NCBI GenBank assembly: GCA_965140585.1
Contig: OZ223264.1
Location: 544,001-608,000, forward strand
From: Spirochaetia bacterium
GTDB lineage: Bacteria; Spirochaetota; Spirochaetia; UBA9216
Direction of reading: 5' to 3'
DNA length: 64,000 nucleotides
The number at the start of each line of letters is the position of its first letter. Within the stretch, counting starts at the first letter, position 1. The notes below the pieces were generated by a model that saw only the letters and a list, made by a program, of their open reading frames with translations, ran no database searches and was not told the origin of the DNA. A program made the translations under genes and the position numbers. Positions 52,704 to 61,715 of the stretch are shown piece by piece.

Positions 52704-53075
52704 ATGAAGACTGTTTTTGCTGTAGATGATTCGCCCACTGCCAGGGCATCTATAAAATACACCCTAGAAAAAGCCGGTTATAAAATAGTAATGGCTGAGG
52801 ATGGTGTTAAAGCGCTTGAGTTACTTGACGGTTTTGCTGAGCCTATTAATATTTTTTTATTTGATGTAAATATGCCGAACATGGATGGAATTACATTGAT
52901 TAAAAAAGTACGAGAAATTGACAAGTATAAGTTTACTCCTATCCTTTTTCTAACAACTGAATCACAGGAGTCGAAAAAGATGGAGGGGAAGAATGCGGGA
53001 GCCAGCGGATGGATTGTAAAACCTTTCGAGCCTGCTCAGCTCTCTGATGTAATTAAGCGTTTTGCCGGGGCGTAA
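52704..53075 (+). CDS. cheY: Chemotaxis response regulator CheY
   Basis: VDDS, DVNMPNMDG, LTTE, WIVKPF; directly upstream of cheA. Confidence 0.93.
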   Translation: MKTVFAVDDSPTARASIKYTLEKAGYKIVMAEDGVKALELLDGFAEPINIFLFDVNMPNMDGITLIKKVREIDKYKFTPILFLTTESQESKKMEGKNAGASGWIVKPFEPAQLSDVIKRFAGA

Positions 53076-53080
53076 ATATT

Positions 53081-55093
53081 ATGGATAATCCTTTAGTATC
53101 AATTTTTATTGAAGAAGCCGAAGAAAATATTGAAATTCTTGAAGCACGGATCATTACTCTAGAGAAAAATCCGGATGACAGTGAAGTAATTAATGAAGCA
53201 TTCAGGGCGATGCATTCTCTTAAAGGCGGTGCCGGTCTTGCCGGGTTCAATAAGATAAAGGATTTTTCCCATAAAGCTGAAGATCTTTTTGAAAGTATCA
53301 GAAGCGGAAGTCTCAGAATAACCAAAGATATAGTGACCGTTCTGCTTGAGACCATGGATGTTCTTAAAGCGATGATCAGTAATATCAAGATTGAGGCTGA
53401 AGCTGATGATGGGCTGGACAGTTCCGCTGTTTTAGGAAAGATTCTAAATCTGCTGGAAGCTGAGCCTCAGGAATCGAGTGAGCAGGCAGTGCCGGATGCT
53501 GCTGCAAGCCGTATTTATTTTTTAAAATTGGAATATTATCCCGAGATTTTTAAGAGCGGTATAGATCCTCTAATGTTTATAAATGATCTTGCTGCCGTCG
53601 GAGAAATTCTGGAACTTGAGCTTGATACACACGAGCTTTCAGCATTAAAAGATTTTGACCCCGAAAATCTTTATCTGTCATGGCGGCTTTTCTTTAAAAC
53701 AGAGCTGGATATAAAAGCGATTGAAGATGTTTTCTGCTTTGTAATAGATGAGAGCAGTATTCAGGTTTCAGAGATTGTCGCGGAAAAACTTGGAACCGAA
53801 GAATATCAGTCATTTACAGTGAAAAATAAAAGTGCCGAAGAATTTATGGATTCACCTCCAACCCTTTCTGTTTCAGACTCGGGGGGCGAACCGGAAAAGC
53901 AGGTTTATAGAAGAGCTTCAGATCTTAATTCCGGCTCCTATATTCGTGTTCCTACGGAAAAGCTTGAAAATATTTTCAATACCGTAAGTGAATTAATCGT
54001 TTCCCAGGCCAGGATCAGCATGCTCTCCGAAGAGTATGAGGAAAGCCTGCCTGATAATTTTATCGCAGTTACTGATACGCTCAAAAATATTACCCAGCTT
54101 CTTCAGGAGCAAGTCACTACACTTAGAATGATTAGTCTAAGCGGAACCTTCGATCGTTTTAAGAGAGTTGTACGTGATATTGCTAATGACCTCGGAAAGA
54201 AAGTTAATCTTGAGATTTCCGGACAGGATACGGAACTAGATAAAAATATGATCGAGAAACTAAATGATCCGCTTAAGCATATTGTCCGCAACTGCATTGA
54301 TCACGGGATAGAAACTGAAGAAGAGCGTCTTAAAGCCGGAAAGCAGCCTGAAGGGATGCTGAAGCTTGCTGCATATATTGAAAGCGGCAAGGTTGTTATT
54401 GAGATTGCTGATGACGGAAAGGGGATCGATAGGGAAAAGATTATTGCAAAGGCTGTTGAACGGGAATTGATTCAGCCTAATTCGCAGCTTTCTGATGGAG
54501 AGATCCTTAACCTGATTTTTCATCCAGGCCTTTCAACCGCAGAGAATATAACGGATCTGTCCGGCCGCGGTGTGGGTATGGATGTTGTAAAGAATGCAAT
54601 TACCGAGCTTAATGGTTCAATCGATATAGAATCACTGGAAGGGCAGGGAACTGTTTTTAGATTATTTCTTCCTCTCACGCTTGCAATAATGGATGGAATG
54701 CTTGTTTCGATTGGTTTGGAAAAATATATAATTCCGACACTTTCAATTCTTGAAATATTCAGACCTGAAGAATGGCAGCTTAAGACAATAGCAGGAAGAG
54801 GCGAGGTGGTTTTTTTCAGGGGGGATCAGATTCCTGTAATACGCCTCCATGAAATTCTGAAGATTGAAAAAGCGGAACAAAATCCGCTGGTTGCTGAACT
54901 TATTGTGATAAACAATAACGGAATGAAAGTGGCGATGCTTGTTGATAATGTTCTTGAACAGTTCCAGATAGTACTCAAATCATTACAGAAAAATTTCCGC
55001 AGGGTTGATAATATATCCAGCGCTACCATTCTTGGAAACGGTGATGTCGCTCTTATTCTGGATATACAGGGGATTTTTTCCAAAAGAGTATAA
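53081..55093 (+). CDS. cheA: Chemotaxis histidine kinase CheA
   Basis: FRAMHSLKG P1, HIVRNCIDHG, DDGKG, SGRGVGMDVV, LPLTLAI, CheW-like domain. Confidence 0.98.
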   Translation: MDNPLVSIFIEEAEENIEILEARIITLEKNPDDSEVINEAFRAMHSLKGGAGLAGFNKIKDFSHKAEDLFESIRSGSLRITKDIVTVLLETMDVLKAMISNIKIEAEADDGLDSSAVLGKILNLLEAEPQESSEQAVPDAAASRIYFLKLEYYPEIFKSGIDPLMFINDLAAVGEILELELDTHELSALKDFDPENLYLSWRLFFKTELDIKAIEDVFCFVIDESSIQVSEIVAEKLGTEEYQSFTVKNKSAEEFMDSPPTLSVSDSGGEPEKQVYRRASDLNSGSYIRVPTEKLENIFNTVSELIVSQARISMLSEEYEESLPDNFIAVTDTLKNITQLLQEQVTTLRMISLSGTFDRFKRVVRDIANDLGKKVNLEISGQDTELDKNMIEKLNDPLKHIVRNCIDHGIETEEERLKAGKQPEGMLKLAAYIESGKVVIEIADDGKGIDREKIIAKAVERELIQPNSQLSDGEILNLIFHPGLSTAENITDLSGRGVGMDVVKNAITELNGSIDIESLEGQGTVFRLFLPLTLAIMDGMLVSIGLEKYIIPTLSILEIFRPEEWQLKTIAGRGEVVFFRGDQIPVIRLHEILKIEKAEQNPLVAELIVINNNGMKVAMLVDNVLEQFQIVLKSLQKNFRRVDNISSATILGNGDVALILDIQGIFSKRV

Positions 55094-55097
55094 AGAG

Positions 55098-55706
55098 GTG
55101 TATAGAAAATTTGATTCAAAACTGAAAAGTCAGGTGTTGACAATATTCTCCGGCGAATACTTTGTGAGTTCCGGCGGTGAAATTATTTCAACAGTTCTAG
55201 GTTCATGTATCGCTGTATGTTTGTATGATGAAATTTCCGGAGTCGGCGGAATGAACCACTTTATGCTTCCGGATGAAAGCGGTGAAAAGAAACTTCATCT
55301 CGACGGAGCTACCCTGCAGAATGATGAACTGACTCAAAAATCAATGAGATACGGAATAACTTCAATGGAAGTTCTGATTGCTGAAATGATGAAAGCCGGG
55401 GCCTCACGAAACCGGCTGAAAGCAAAGATTTTCGGCGGAGGAAAGGTTTTGAAATCCTCTGCAACACTTACCAGCGTCGGAGACCGTAATATCGGTTTCA
55501 CAAAAGCCTTTCTTCATACAGAAGGCATTCAGATTATTAAGGAAGATGTCGGGGATTTTTACGGTAGAAAGATATTCTTTCTGACCGGAAAGAACAGTAT
55601 TTTTGTTAAACGTGTTGAGATCGAGCCGGCTGTTGCGGAAGAACGCCGTTATCTTGAGAAGCTTGAGACTCTCCGTGTCAAAAAAACGGATATTACTCTA
55701 TTTTAG
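55098..55706 (+). CDS. cheD: Chemoreceptor glutamine deamidase CheD
   Basis: TVLGSC.AVC, GGMNHFMLP, AKIFGG, GRKI.F; GTG 55098 just after the cheA stop. Confidence 0.93.
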   Translation: MYRKFDSKLKSQVLTIFSGEYFVSSGGEIISTVLGSCIAVCLYDEISGVGGMNHFMLPDESGEKKLHLDGATLQNDELTQKSMRYGITSMEVLIAEMMKAGASRNRLKAKIFGGGKVLKSSATLTSVGDRNIGFTKAFLHTEGIQIIKEDVGDFYGRKIFFLTGKNSIFVKRVEIEPAVAEERRYLEKLETLRVKKTDITLF

Positions 55707-55715
55707 GATTTTGAA

Positions 55716-56531
55716 ATGTTTGAACTTGCGGATCGGGAATTCAGATATATAGCAGACGCACTTTATGATTTTGCAAAAATTAATCTGACTGAAAAGAAAA
55801 GATCGCTTGTTATTTCAAGGCTATCCAGACGTATCCGCGCTACCGGATTAAACAGTTTTCCAGAGTATGTTGAGTATTTGAAAAATGAAGATCCGGACAG
55901 GGCGGAGTTTATGAAAATGGTTGATGCCATGTCGACCAATTATTCATTATTTTTCAGGGAACCATATCATTTTGATTTTCTTACTGATAACATTCTTCGC
56001 TCATTTGATGGAAGTGAACTTAAGATATGGTCAGCTGCCTCATCAACCGGGCAGGAAATTTATTCCATTCTGATGACTCTGCTTGAATTTGAACGGATAA
56101 AACAGAAAAGGATTCAGTTTCGGCTGTATGCCTCCGATATTTCAACCGATGTCCTTCGGTCAGCTGCAGCTGGAATCTACAGTAGTAAGGATATTGAGAA
56201 AGTCGAACCGGAGCTTTTAAAACGCTATTTTCTAAAAGGAAGCAGCTCGAAAGCCGGAATGGTGAAAATTAAAAATGAGCTGATACGCAGGGTGAAATTT
56301 TTCAGGTTAAACCTTAATGATGAAAAATTTCAAATACCGCTGATGGATGTAATTTTTCTGAGGAATGTAGTGATCTATTTTGACAAGCCGACAAAGATTG
56401 AACTTATTGCGAGACTTCATGATTATCTGAAGCCCGGAGGGTATCTTTTTCTCGGTCACAGTGAATCGCTCTCCGGTATTTCTGATCAGTTTGTAAATGT
56501 CGGTAAAACGGTTTACAGAAGGAAGGACTGA
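55716..56531 (+). CDS. cheR: Chemotaxis methyltransferase CheR
   Basis: TNYSLFFRE, WSAASSTGQE.YS, ASDIS, RNVVIYF, GHSE. Confidence 0.96.
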   Translation: MFELADREFRYIADALYDFAKINLTEKKRSLVISRLSRRIRATGLNSFPEYVEYLKNEDPDRAEFMKMVDAMSTNYSLFFREPYHFDFLTDNILRSFDGSELKIWSAASSTGQEIYSILMTLLEFERIKQKRIQFRLYASDISTDVLRSAAAGIYSSKDIEKVEPELLKRYFLKGSSSKAGMVKIKNELIRRVKFFRLNLNDEKFQIPLMDVIFLRNVVIYFDKPTKIELIARLHDYLKPGGYLFLGHSESLSGISDQFVNVGKTVYRRKD

Positions 56532-57598
56532 TGATAAATGTACTTATTGTTGATGACTCCGCTTTGGTTAGAAAGGTTATAACCGAAATTGTGGACAGGA
56601 CGGACGGAATGAAGATTGCGGCCGCTGCCTTTGATCCTGTGTTTGCGATTGAGAAACTTAAGACAATTGAAGTAGATGTAATTGTTCTGGATATTGAAAT
56701 GCCGCGTATGGATGGACTGACTTTTCTCAGGAGACTGATGGGGGCTCAACCGCTTCCTGTTATAATCCTTTCTTCGCTGGCTACTAAAAACGCAGACGTT
56801 ACACTTCAGGCCTTTGAATTGGGCGCTTTTGAAGTGATAACAAAACCTGACGATATTCTTCAGCTTCCTGAACTGGAGCATAAACTTGTAGAAACTATTC
56901 AGCAGGCAGCATCGGGGTCTGTTAAGGAAAAGCTGATAAACCGTTTTAAAAAATATGGAGCCTCAGCCTCAGTCCCCGAAAAAACTGTGCACACTGAATC
57001 TTATTTTACCGGAACGACAAGAACCACCGATAAAATTATTGTAATTGGTTCATCGACCGGAGGAACTACCGCCATACAGGATATCCTTTCAGGTTTGCCG
57101 GTTGATGTCCCGGGCATTGTTATTGTTCAGCATATGCCTGTTCAGTTCACATTAGCCTTTGCCAACAGACTTAACTCACTTCTGCATTTTACTGTTAAAC
57201 TCGGAGAGTCCGGTGAGCAGATAAAACCCGGCTTTGTATATATAGCTCCCGGTGATACCCATTGTTCCATAATGAGTTCGGGTGCAAAATATCTCATCAA
57301 GCTGAGAGACGGGCCGCGGGTTAATTATCATAAACCTTCAGTCTCAATGCTTTTTAATTCGGCTGCCAATTATGCAGGCCGTAATGCTGTCGGAGTAATG
57401 CTGACGGGAATGGGTGATGACGGTGCAATGGCCATGAAAAAAATGAAGGATGCCGGCAGCTATAATATTGTTCAGGATGAAGCCTCCAGTGTAGTCTGGG
57501 GGATGCCTGGAAAGGCTGTAGAGTACGGTGCCGCTGATATAGTTCTACCCCTCGGAAAAATTGCGCCAGAGATATGCAGAGCCCTAGATAAGATGTAA
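56531..57598 (+). CDS. cheB: Chemotaxis methylesterase CheB
   Basis: REC domain plus GSSTGG, QHMP and TGMGDDG catalytic motifs. Confidence 0.97.
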   Translation: MINVLIVDDSALVRKVITEIVDRTDGMKIAAAAFDPVFAIEKLKTIEVDVIVLDIEMPRMDGLTFLRRLMGAQPLPVIILSSLATKNADVTLQAFELGAFEVITKPDDILQLPELEHKLVETIQQAASGSVKEKLINRFKKYGASASVPEKTVHTESYFTGTTRTTDKIIVIGSSTGGTTAIQDILSGLPVDVPGIVIVQHMPVQFTLAFANRLNSLLHFTVKLGESGEQIKPGFVYIAPGDTHCSIMSSGAKYLIKLRDGPRVNYHKPSVSMLFNSAANYAGRNAVGVMLTGMGDDGAMAMKKMKDAGSYNIVQDEASSVVWGMPGKAVEYGAADIVLPLGKIAPEICRALDKM

Positions 57599-57612
57599 TT
57601 ACAGGAGGAGAT

Positions 57613-57930
57613 ATGAATATCGATGTAACACAGGAAGGCAGTTCAACTATTGTTGTAGTTGATACAGATGCCCTGATTAAAGATGAGGCTATGGTCTTTA
57701 AAAAAAGAATGGTTGAACTTTTAGATTCCGGACAAAATCAATTGAAAATAGATTTGCACCGGACAAAATTTATTGACAGTTCCGGGATCGGAAAACTGCT
57801 GTTTCTGAATAAAAAACTCGGACAGTCTGGTGGAAGCCTTGAGATTTCTGCAATAAGTCCTGAATTGTATGATTTTCTTGATTCTCTTGCCATAACGAAA
57901 GTTATAAAGATTATTAAGCCCGGCTCCTGA
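57613..57930 (+). CDS. STAS anti-sigma factor antagonist
   Basis: IDL...FIDSSGIG.L with the phosphoacceptor Ser; SD AGGAGG. Confidence 0.88.
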   Translation: MNIDVTQEGSSTIVVVDTDALIKDEAMVFKKRMVELLDSGQNQLKIDLHRTKFIDSSGIGKLLFLNKKLGQSGGSLEISAISPELYDFLDSLAITKVIKIIKPGS

Positions 57931-57979
57931 ACTTAATTAAAAATTGCATTCTTAGATTGCCTCGGATATAATTATTTAC

Positions 57980-59151
57980 GTGAACAGAAAAAGTGCTGAA
58001 GAAATAGTTCAGACTGTTCTTCTGATTGGTAACGACGAAAAAAGATCTTCCTTTTCCGGCTCTCTGGAGGATTTGGTGTTTGAAATAGTAAGAGAGCGCT
58101 TTTTCCCACAGGACCTGCAGGCATTGATGTACATCGAACTTGATTTGATAATAATCGAACTGACAGGTATTCCGGGAAATATTGACTATCAAAAGATTTC
58201 AGATATTCTTATGCTAAGCAGCACGCCGGTGCTCGCCGTTCCCGATACGTCAGTTCCGGAAGCTCTTAAGCCGTTTTCTGTAGTGTACTCCGGTATTATT
58301 CCTGCCATAATAGATAATACACTTAGGCTTCATATTTACGGAAAGACTGAAGTTGAAAATGAATTAAAACTTCTTTCTATGAAATCTGATTTTTGCGGAG
58401 AGAATGCTGAACTGTCTTTTTCGGATCTCTTTGATCTGAAGGAAATTCAAATTCTTCAGGATCAGTTTGCTGCGGCAACCGGTGTTGCCTCGTTAATTAC
58501 TAACCCGGAGGGAATCCCGATAACACGGCCAAGCAGGTTTAATGATATTGAAAGGAAAACCGAGAAGGGCAGGGCGAACTGTTTTAATCCCGACGGACCT
58601 ATTATCCATGAATGTTTCAGCTGCGGCTTCTGGGACGCCTGTGCAAGTATAAGTGTCGGTGGGCGGCAAATTGCAAACTGGCTCATCGGTCAGGTTTGCA
58701 ATGAGAAAATCAATGAAGCCGAAATAATAGGTTATGCTGATGAGATTGGGGTGTCAAGACAGGTATTCAGCGAGATCTTCAAAGAAGTTCCCTTCATGGA
58801 TGAAGCAAGATTCCGAGGAATTGCCGAGTTCCTGTTTTCAATTGCAAATAATTTATCCCTTATTGTATTTCAAAACCTCAAGCAGGCAGGGTATATTTCA
58901 GAAATGGATAAGGCCGCGCAGGAACTGCTTACGAATGCATTGAAGTGCGCATATCCGTAGAGGCTCAGATTAGGATTGAGGTAAATCTTAAACTGAATAA
59001 TCGTGGTCTCTCCGTTGTTGTCGGAGATTTCGGTTGCGGTCTTAAACCTGGATTTTCCGATAAGGATAAGGGTACCGGATTGCAGATTATTGATATTTTT
59101 ACACAGGAACTGGACAGCCGGATTGAAATATCAGGTCAGGATGGTGTTTAG
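57980..59151 (+). pseudogene. Degraded PocR-domain sensor histidine kinase (HisKA_2/HWE-type ATPase)
   Basis: PocR motifs (LQDQFAAATGVAS, ANWLIGQV) joined directly to N-box ELLTNALK with no H-box; TAG 58958-58960; G-boxes GDFGCG and GTGLQII lie in another frame. Confidence 0.7.
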
Positions 59152-59205
59152 GCAGAGTGTACGCTTCCGGATATCATGTAGCATATAAATTTAATATAGG
59201 AGAAA

Positions 59206-59658
59206 GTGATGGCAGAAACAGTGATAATGTCTGAGAATGGTCTGTCCGTTCTTTTCAGTAATCTTTCAAAAGCCGCTGAGAAACAGCAGCTTTCCGGGCT
59301 GTCTGAAAAGTACAGCCGTCTCTCGGAACAGTATATGAGCGAAGCAGCTGATATGGATCTGGCAGAAGTTAGGGATGCATTAAGCAGAAGCCTGGCCGGG
59401 GATTATCCGGCCTGTAAGGCGGCTGCTGAGGCTAAGGCTGACCGGGGAGTTCTTCGTTCGCTTGTCTGGGGAGAGAAGGTTACAACCATAGAAAAAAGTC
59501 TCATCGACCGCTACCTGTCAAAGGGAGAGTCCCTGCTTGAAGGCAAGAATCTGTATGTTTGTGAAGCCTGCGGATTTATTTTTCTGGGAGCGGATGTTCC
59601 TGAAATATGTCCTGTATGCAAGGCTCCGTCATCCCGTTTTTCAGTGGTTAAGGAGTAA
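59206..59658 (+). CDS. Rubredoxin-like domain protein (rubrerythrin-type C-terminal domain)
   Basis: YVCEACGFI...CPVCKAP. Confidence 0.85.
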   Translation: MMAETVIMSENGLSVLFSNLSKAAEKQQLSGLSEKYSRLSEQYMSEAADMDLAEVRDALSRSLAGDYPACKAAAEAKADRGVLRSLVWGEKVTTIEKSLIDRYLSKGESLLEGKNLYVCEACGFIFLGADVPEICPVCKAPSSRFSVVKE

Positions 59659-59661
59659 AAT

Positions 59662-60090
59662 ATGTATGCTTCCAGAAATATCAGATTATGTACAAAAGAC
59701 TGCCTCTGCCTTTTTGTATGTCCCACAGGTGCAACCGATACAGAAAACGGTCAGATAGATAAGTCACGTTGCCTTGACGGCTGCAGACGCTGTGTTGATG
59801 CCTGCCCTTCTCATGCAATATCTCTTGTTTTCGAGAACTATCCGGAACCGCTGGAGAAGGATCCGGAACTTGCCGCTCTGATGATCGATATGCTTGAAAC
59901 GAAGGCCGCTCTTGAAGCTGCTGTTGCCGGGCTGCTTCATCATTCCGGTGAAGCCGGTGCCTCCCGGCTGCTTTCTGCATTGAGGAAGTCTCTGAGGATT
60001 ACTGCTGAAGACTGTGCCCGTGAAGCGGGGTATATGCTTCCGCAGTGTAAGGCGGTAAGAGACCTCCATGCAAAACTCGGTATTGATTAG
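59662..60090 (+). CDS. 4Fe-4S binding protein
   Basis: CTKDCLC..VCP and CLDGCRRC..ACP. Confidence 0.85.
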   Translation: MYASRNIRLCTKDCLCLFVCPTGATDTENGQIDKSRCLDGCRRCVDACPSHAISLVFENYPEPLEKDPELAALMIDMLETKAALEAAVAGLLHHSGEAGASRLLSALRKSLRITAEDCAREAGYMLPQCKAVRDLHAKLGID

Positions 60091-60106
60091 AATACACAGA
60101 GTCTGC

Positions 60107-61549
60107 TCAATCACCAAACGGCGGCATGCTGTCGACTCTCCGCATTAAATCTTCAAGGCCGGTCTTTATGTTTTCATCCATAGGTTGTTTTTCAGGTTCA
60201 GCCAGAATCTTCTCAACGCGTTTTCTTGCCCGGCTGTACATGTCCTGACGGCCGGCAGATTCCCATACTTCGAAGGCGTCGCCGTCAGTCAGCTCCTGCG
60301 TCAGAAATTCACTGCTTCTGCATGCCTCCAGAGTAGAGTCCTGCATCAGGTAATGTCCCCCGGGGCCTACCTCCTTAATGTCGCTGAAGTAATTTTTGGC
60401 GGGGGACGAGTCAATCCCGGCCCGGAGTCTCTGGGCATAATTGATAATTTCATCATCAACTACAATCTGCTCAAGCGTTATGCAGTTGCTTGTCTCTATG
60501 GCGCCGGGCCCCTGCAGCAGATCAACTCCGCTGTTTAGCAGCGGTATAGTTGTGAGTGTTTTTTCAAGGATGGCCTGAGCCCCGTGCTGTTTGGCATCAG
60601 TCAGGCAGCCTGCCTGTTCATTCGGTAATCCGTAAAATCTTGCCATTTCTCCGCAGGCTGCAGTCATCAGTATAGTTTCCGGAACTCCTTCAAGGAAATT
60701 ACCATTTCTGAAATTGGTTGACCCTACGGCATTTCCCATGATAAAGGGAGTTCCAGGCCTTGCCATTTCAAAAAGCACCAGGGCAGATAATGCCTCTGCG
60801 TTGGCAACTGCTGTATTTGAATACAGGCTTGCAGGTCCGGTTGAGCCGGCTCCGGGCATTGGATAGACACATATCGGGATTCCCAGGGGGAGTGATTCAA
60901 GATAGGTTTCACACATATGCCTGTCATGTCCGAGTGGAGGGTTTGTGCAGTAGGTGAATGAATAGAGTTTTCTGCGTATTGTTTCCTCTTCACTTCCGGT
61001 TATCATGTTAAGAGCTTCGGCCATGAGGGCTACTTCACCGGGATGCCAGAGCTCACTTTGGACGTGCAGTGATGTTGACATAAGTGTGTAAATATCCTGC
61101 CGGAATTCTCTGCTGTGTTCAGGCCTCTCAGGTTCCTGTATAGTTGCAGGCCATACAATTGTTGCCCACCTGGATGCTTCATAAACCTTGTTGAAGTTAT
61201 AGAGATCCTCAAGAACGCATTCTCTCCTTGCTCCGGTATTGAAGTCGAGAGTGAACACCCCTGAATTATCGAGTACTGTTCCGGAAGGGCCTGCAGCAGG
61301 CATTGCAAAGTTTTTTTCGGGGTTTCTTGCTCCCAGAACGAAGTTTTTAGGCGCAAGGCTGAGAGCTTCATTGACCATTTCTTCTGTGATGAAAATTGTT
61401 TCATCAACACAGCTTGCACCCCGCAGTTTAAGTATTTCACGGGCCTTCGGCGACAGGAATTTGATGCCCACGCTGCTCAGAATTTTAAGACTGTCAGCAT
61501 GAATGCGCTGTTTTTCCTCTTCATTCAGAAAGGATGTTGTAGTGAGCAT
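60107..61549 (-). CDS. Trimethylamine methyltransferase (MttB) superfamily protein, non-pyrrolysine
   Basis: PMPGAGSTGPASL, NAEALS, MARFYGLP, TDAK..GAQA..EK, IKEVGPGGHYL. Confidence 0.92.
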   Translation of the reverse strand: MLTTTSFLNEEEKQRIHADSLKILSSVGIKFLSPKAREILKLRGASCVDETIFITEEMVNEALSLAPKNFVLGARNPEKNFAMPAAGPSGTVLDNSGVFTLDFNTGARRECVLEDLYNFNKVYEASRWATIVWPATIQEPERPEHSREFRQDIYTLMSTSLHVQSELWHPGEVALMAEALNMITGSEEETIRRKLYSFTYCTNPPLGHDRHMCETYLESLPLGIPICVYPMPGAGSTGPASLYSNTAVANAEALSALVLFEMARPGTPFIMGNAVGSTNFRNGNFLEGVPETILMTAACGEMARFYGLPNEQAGCLTDAKQHGAQAILEKTLTTIPLLNSGVDLLQGPGAIETSNCITLEQIVVDDEIINYAQRLRAGIDSSPAKNYFSDIKEVGPGGHYLMQDSTLEACRSSEFLTQELTDGDAFEVWESAGRQDMYSRARKRVEKILAEPEKQPMDENIKTGLEDLMRRVDSMPPFGD

Positions 61550-61715
61550 AAAAAAACTCCATAATTCAAAATACGGAAATCGAAAATATAATACGAATAT
61601 AGAAGCAATGTAGCATGAGATGTTGATATGCGCAAGGTTATTTTACATTTTTGACAATAAATTAACTTGTCATATTTTAAAAAAAATCGAAATACTACGG
61701 CTGAGGTAGAAAAAC

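Noticed and set aside
55005-55097. N-terminal extension of CheD inside cheA
   Set aside because: It overlaps the cheA coding frame; GTG 55098 after the cheA stop is more plausible
60590-60625. Pyrrolysine recoding in the MttB gene
   Set aside because: The ORF is uninterrupted and the equivalent codon encodes Leu; there is no in-frame TAG
61570-61700. Repeated AAATCGAAA elements in the mttB/amidohydrolase intergenic region
   Set aside because: Only two short AT-rich copies; too weak to call as Lrp sites
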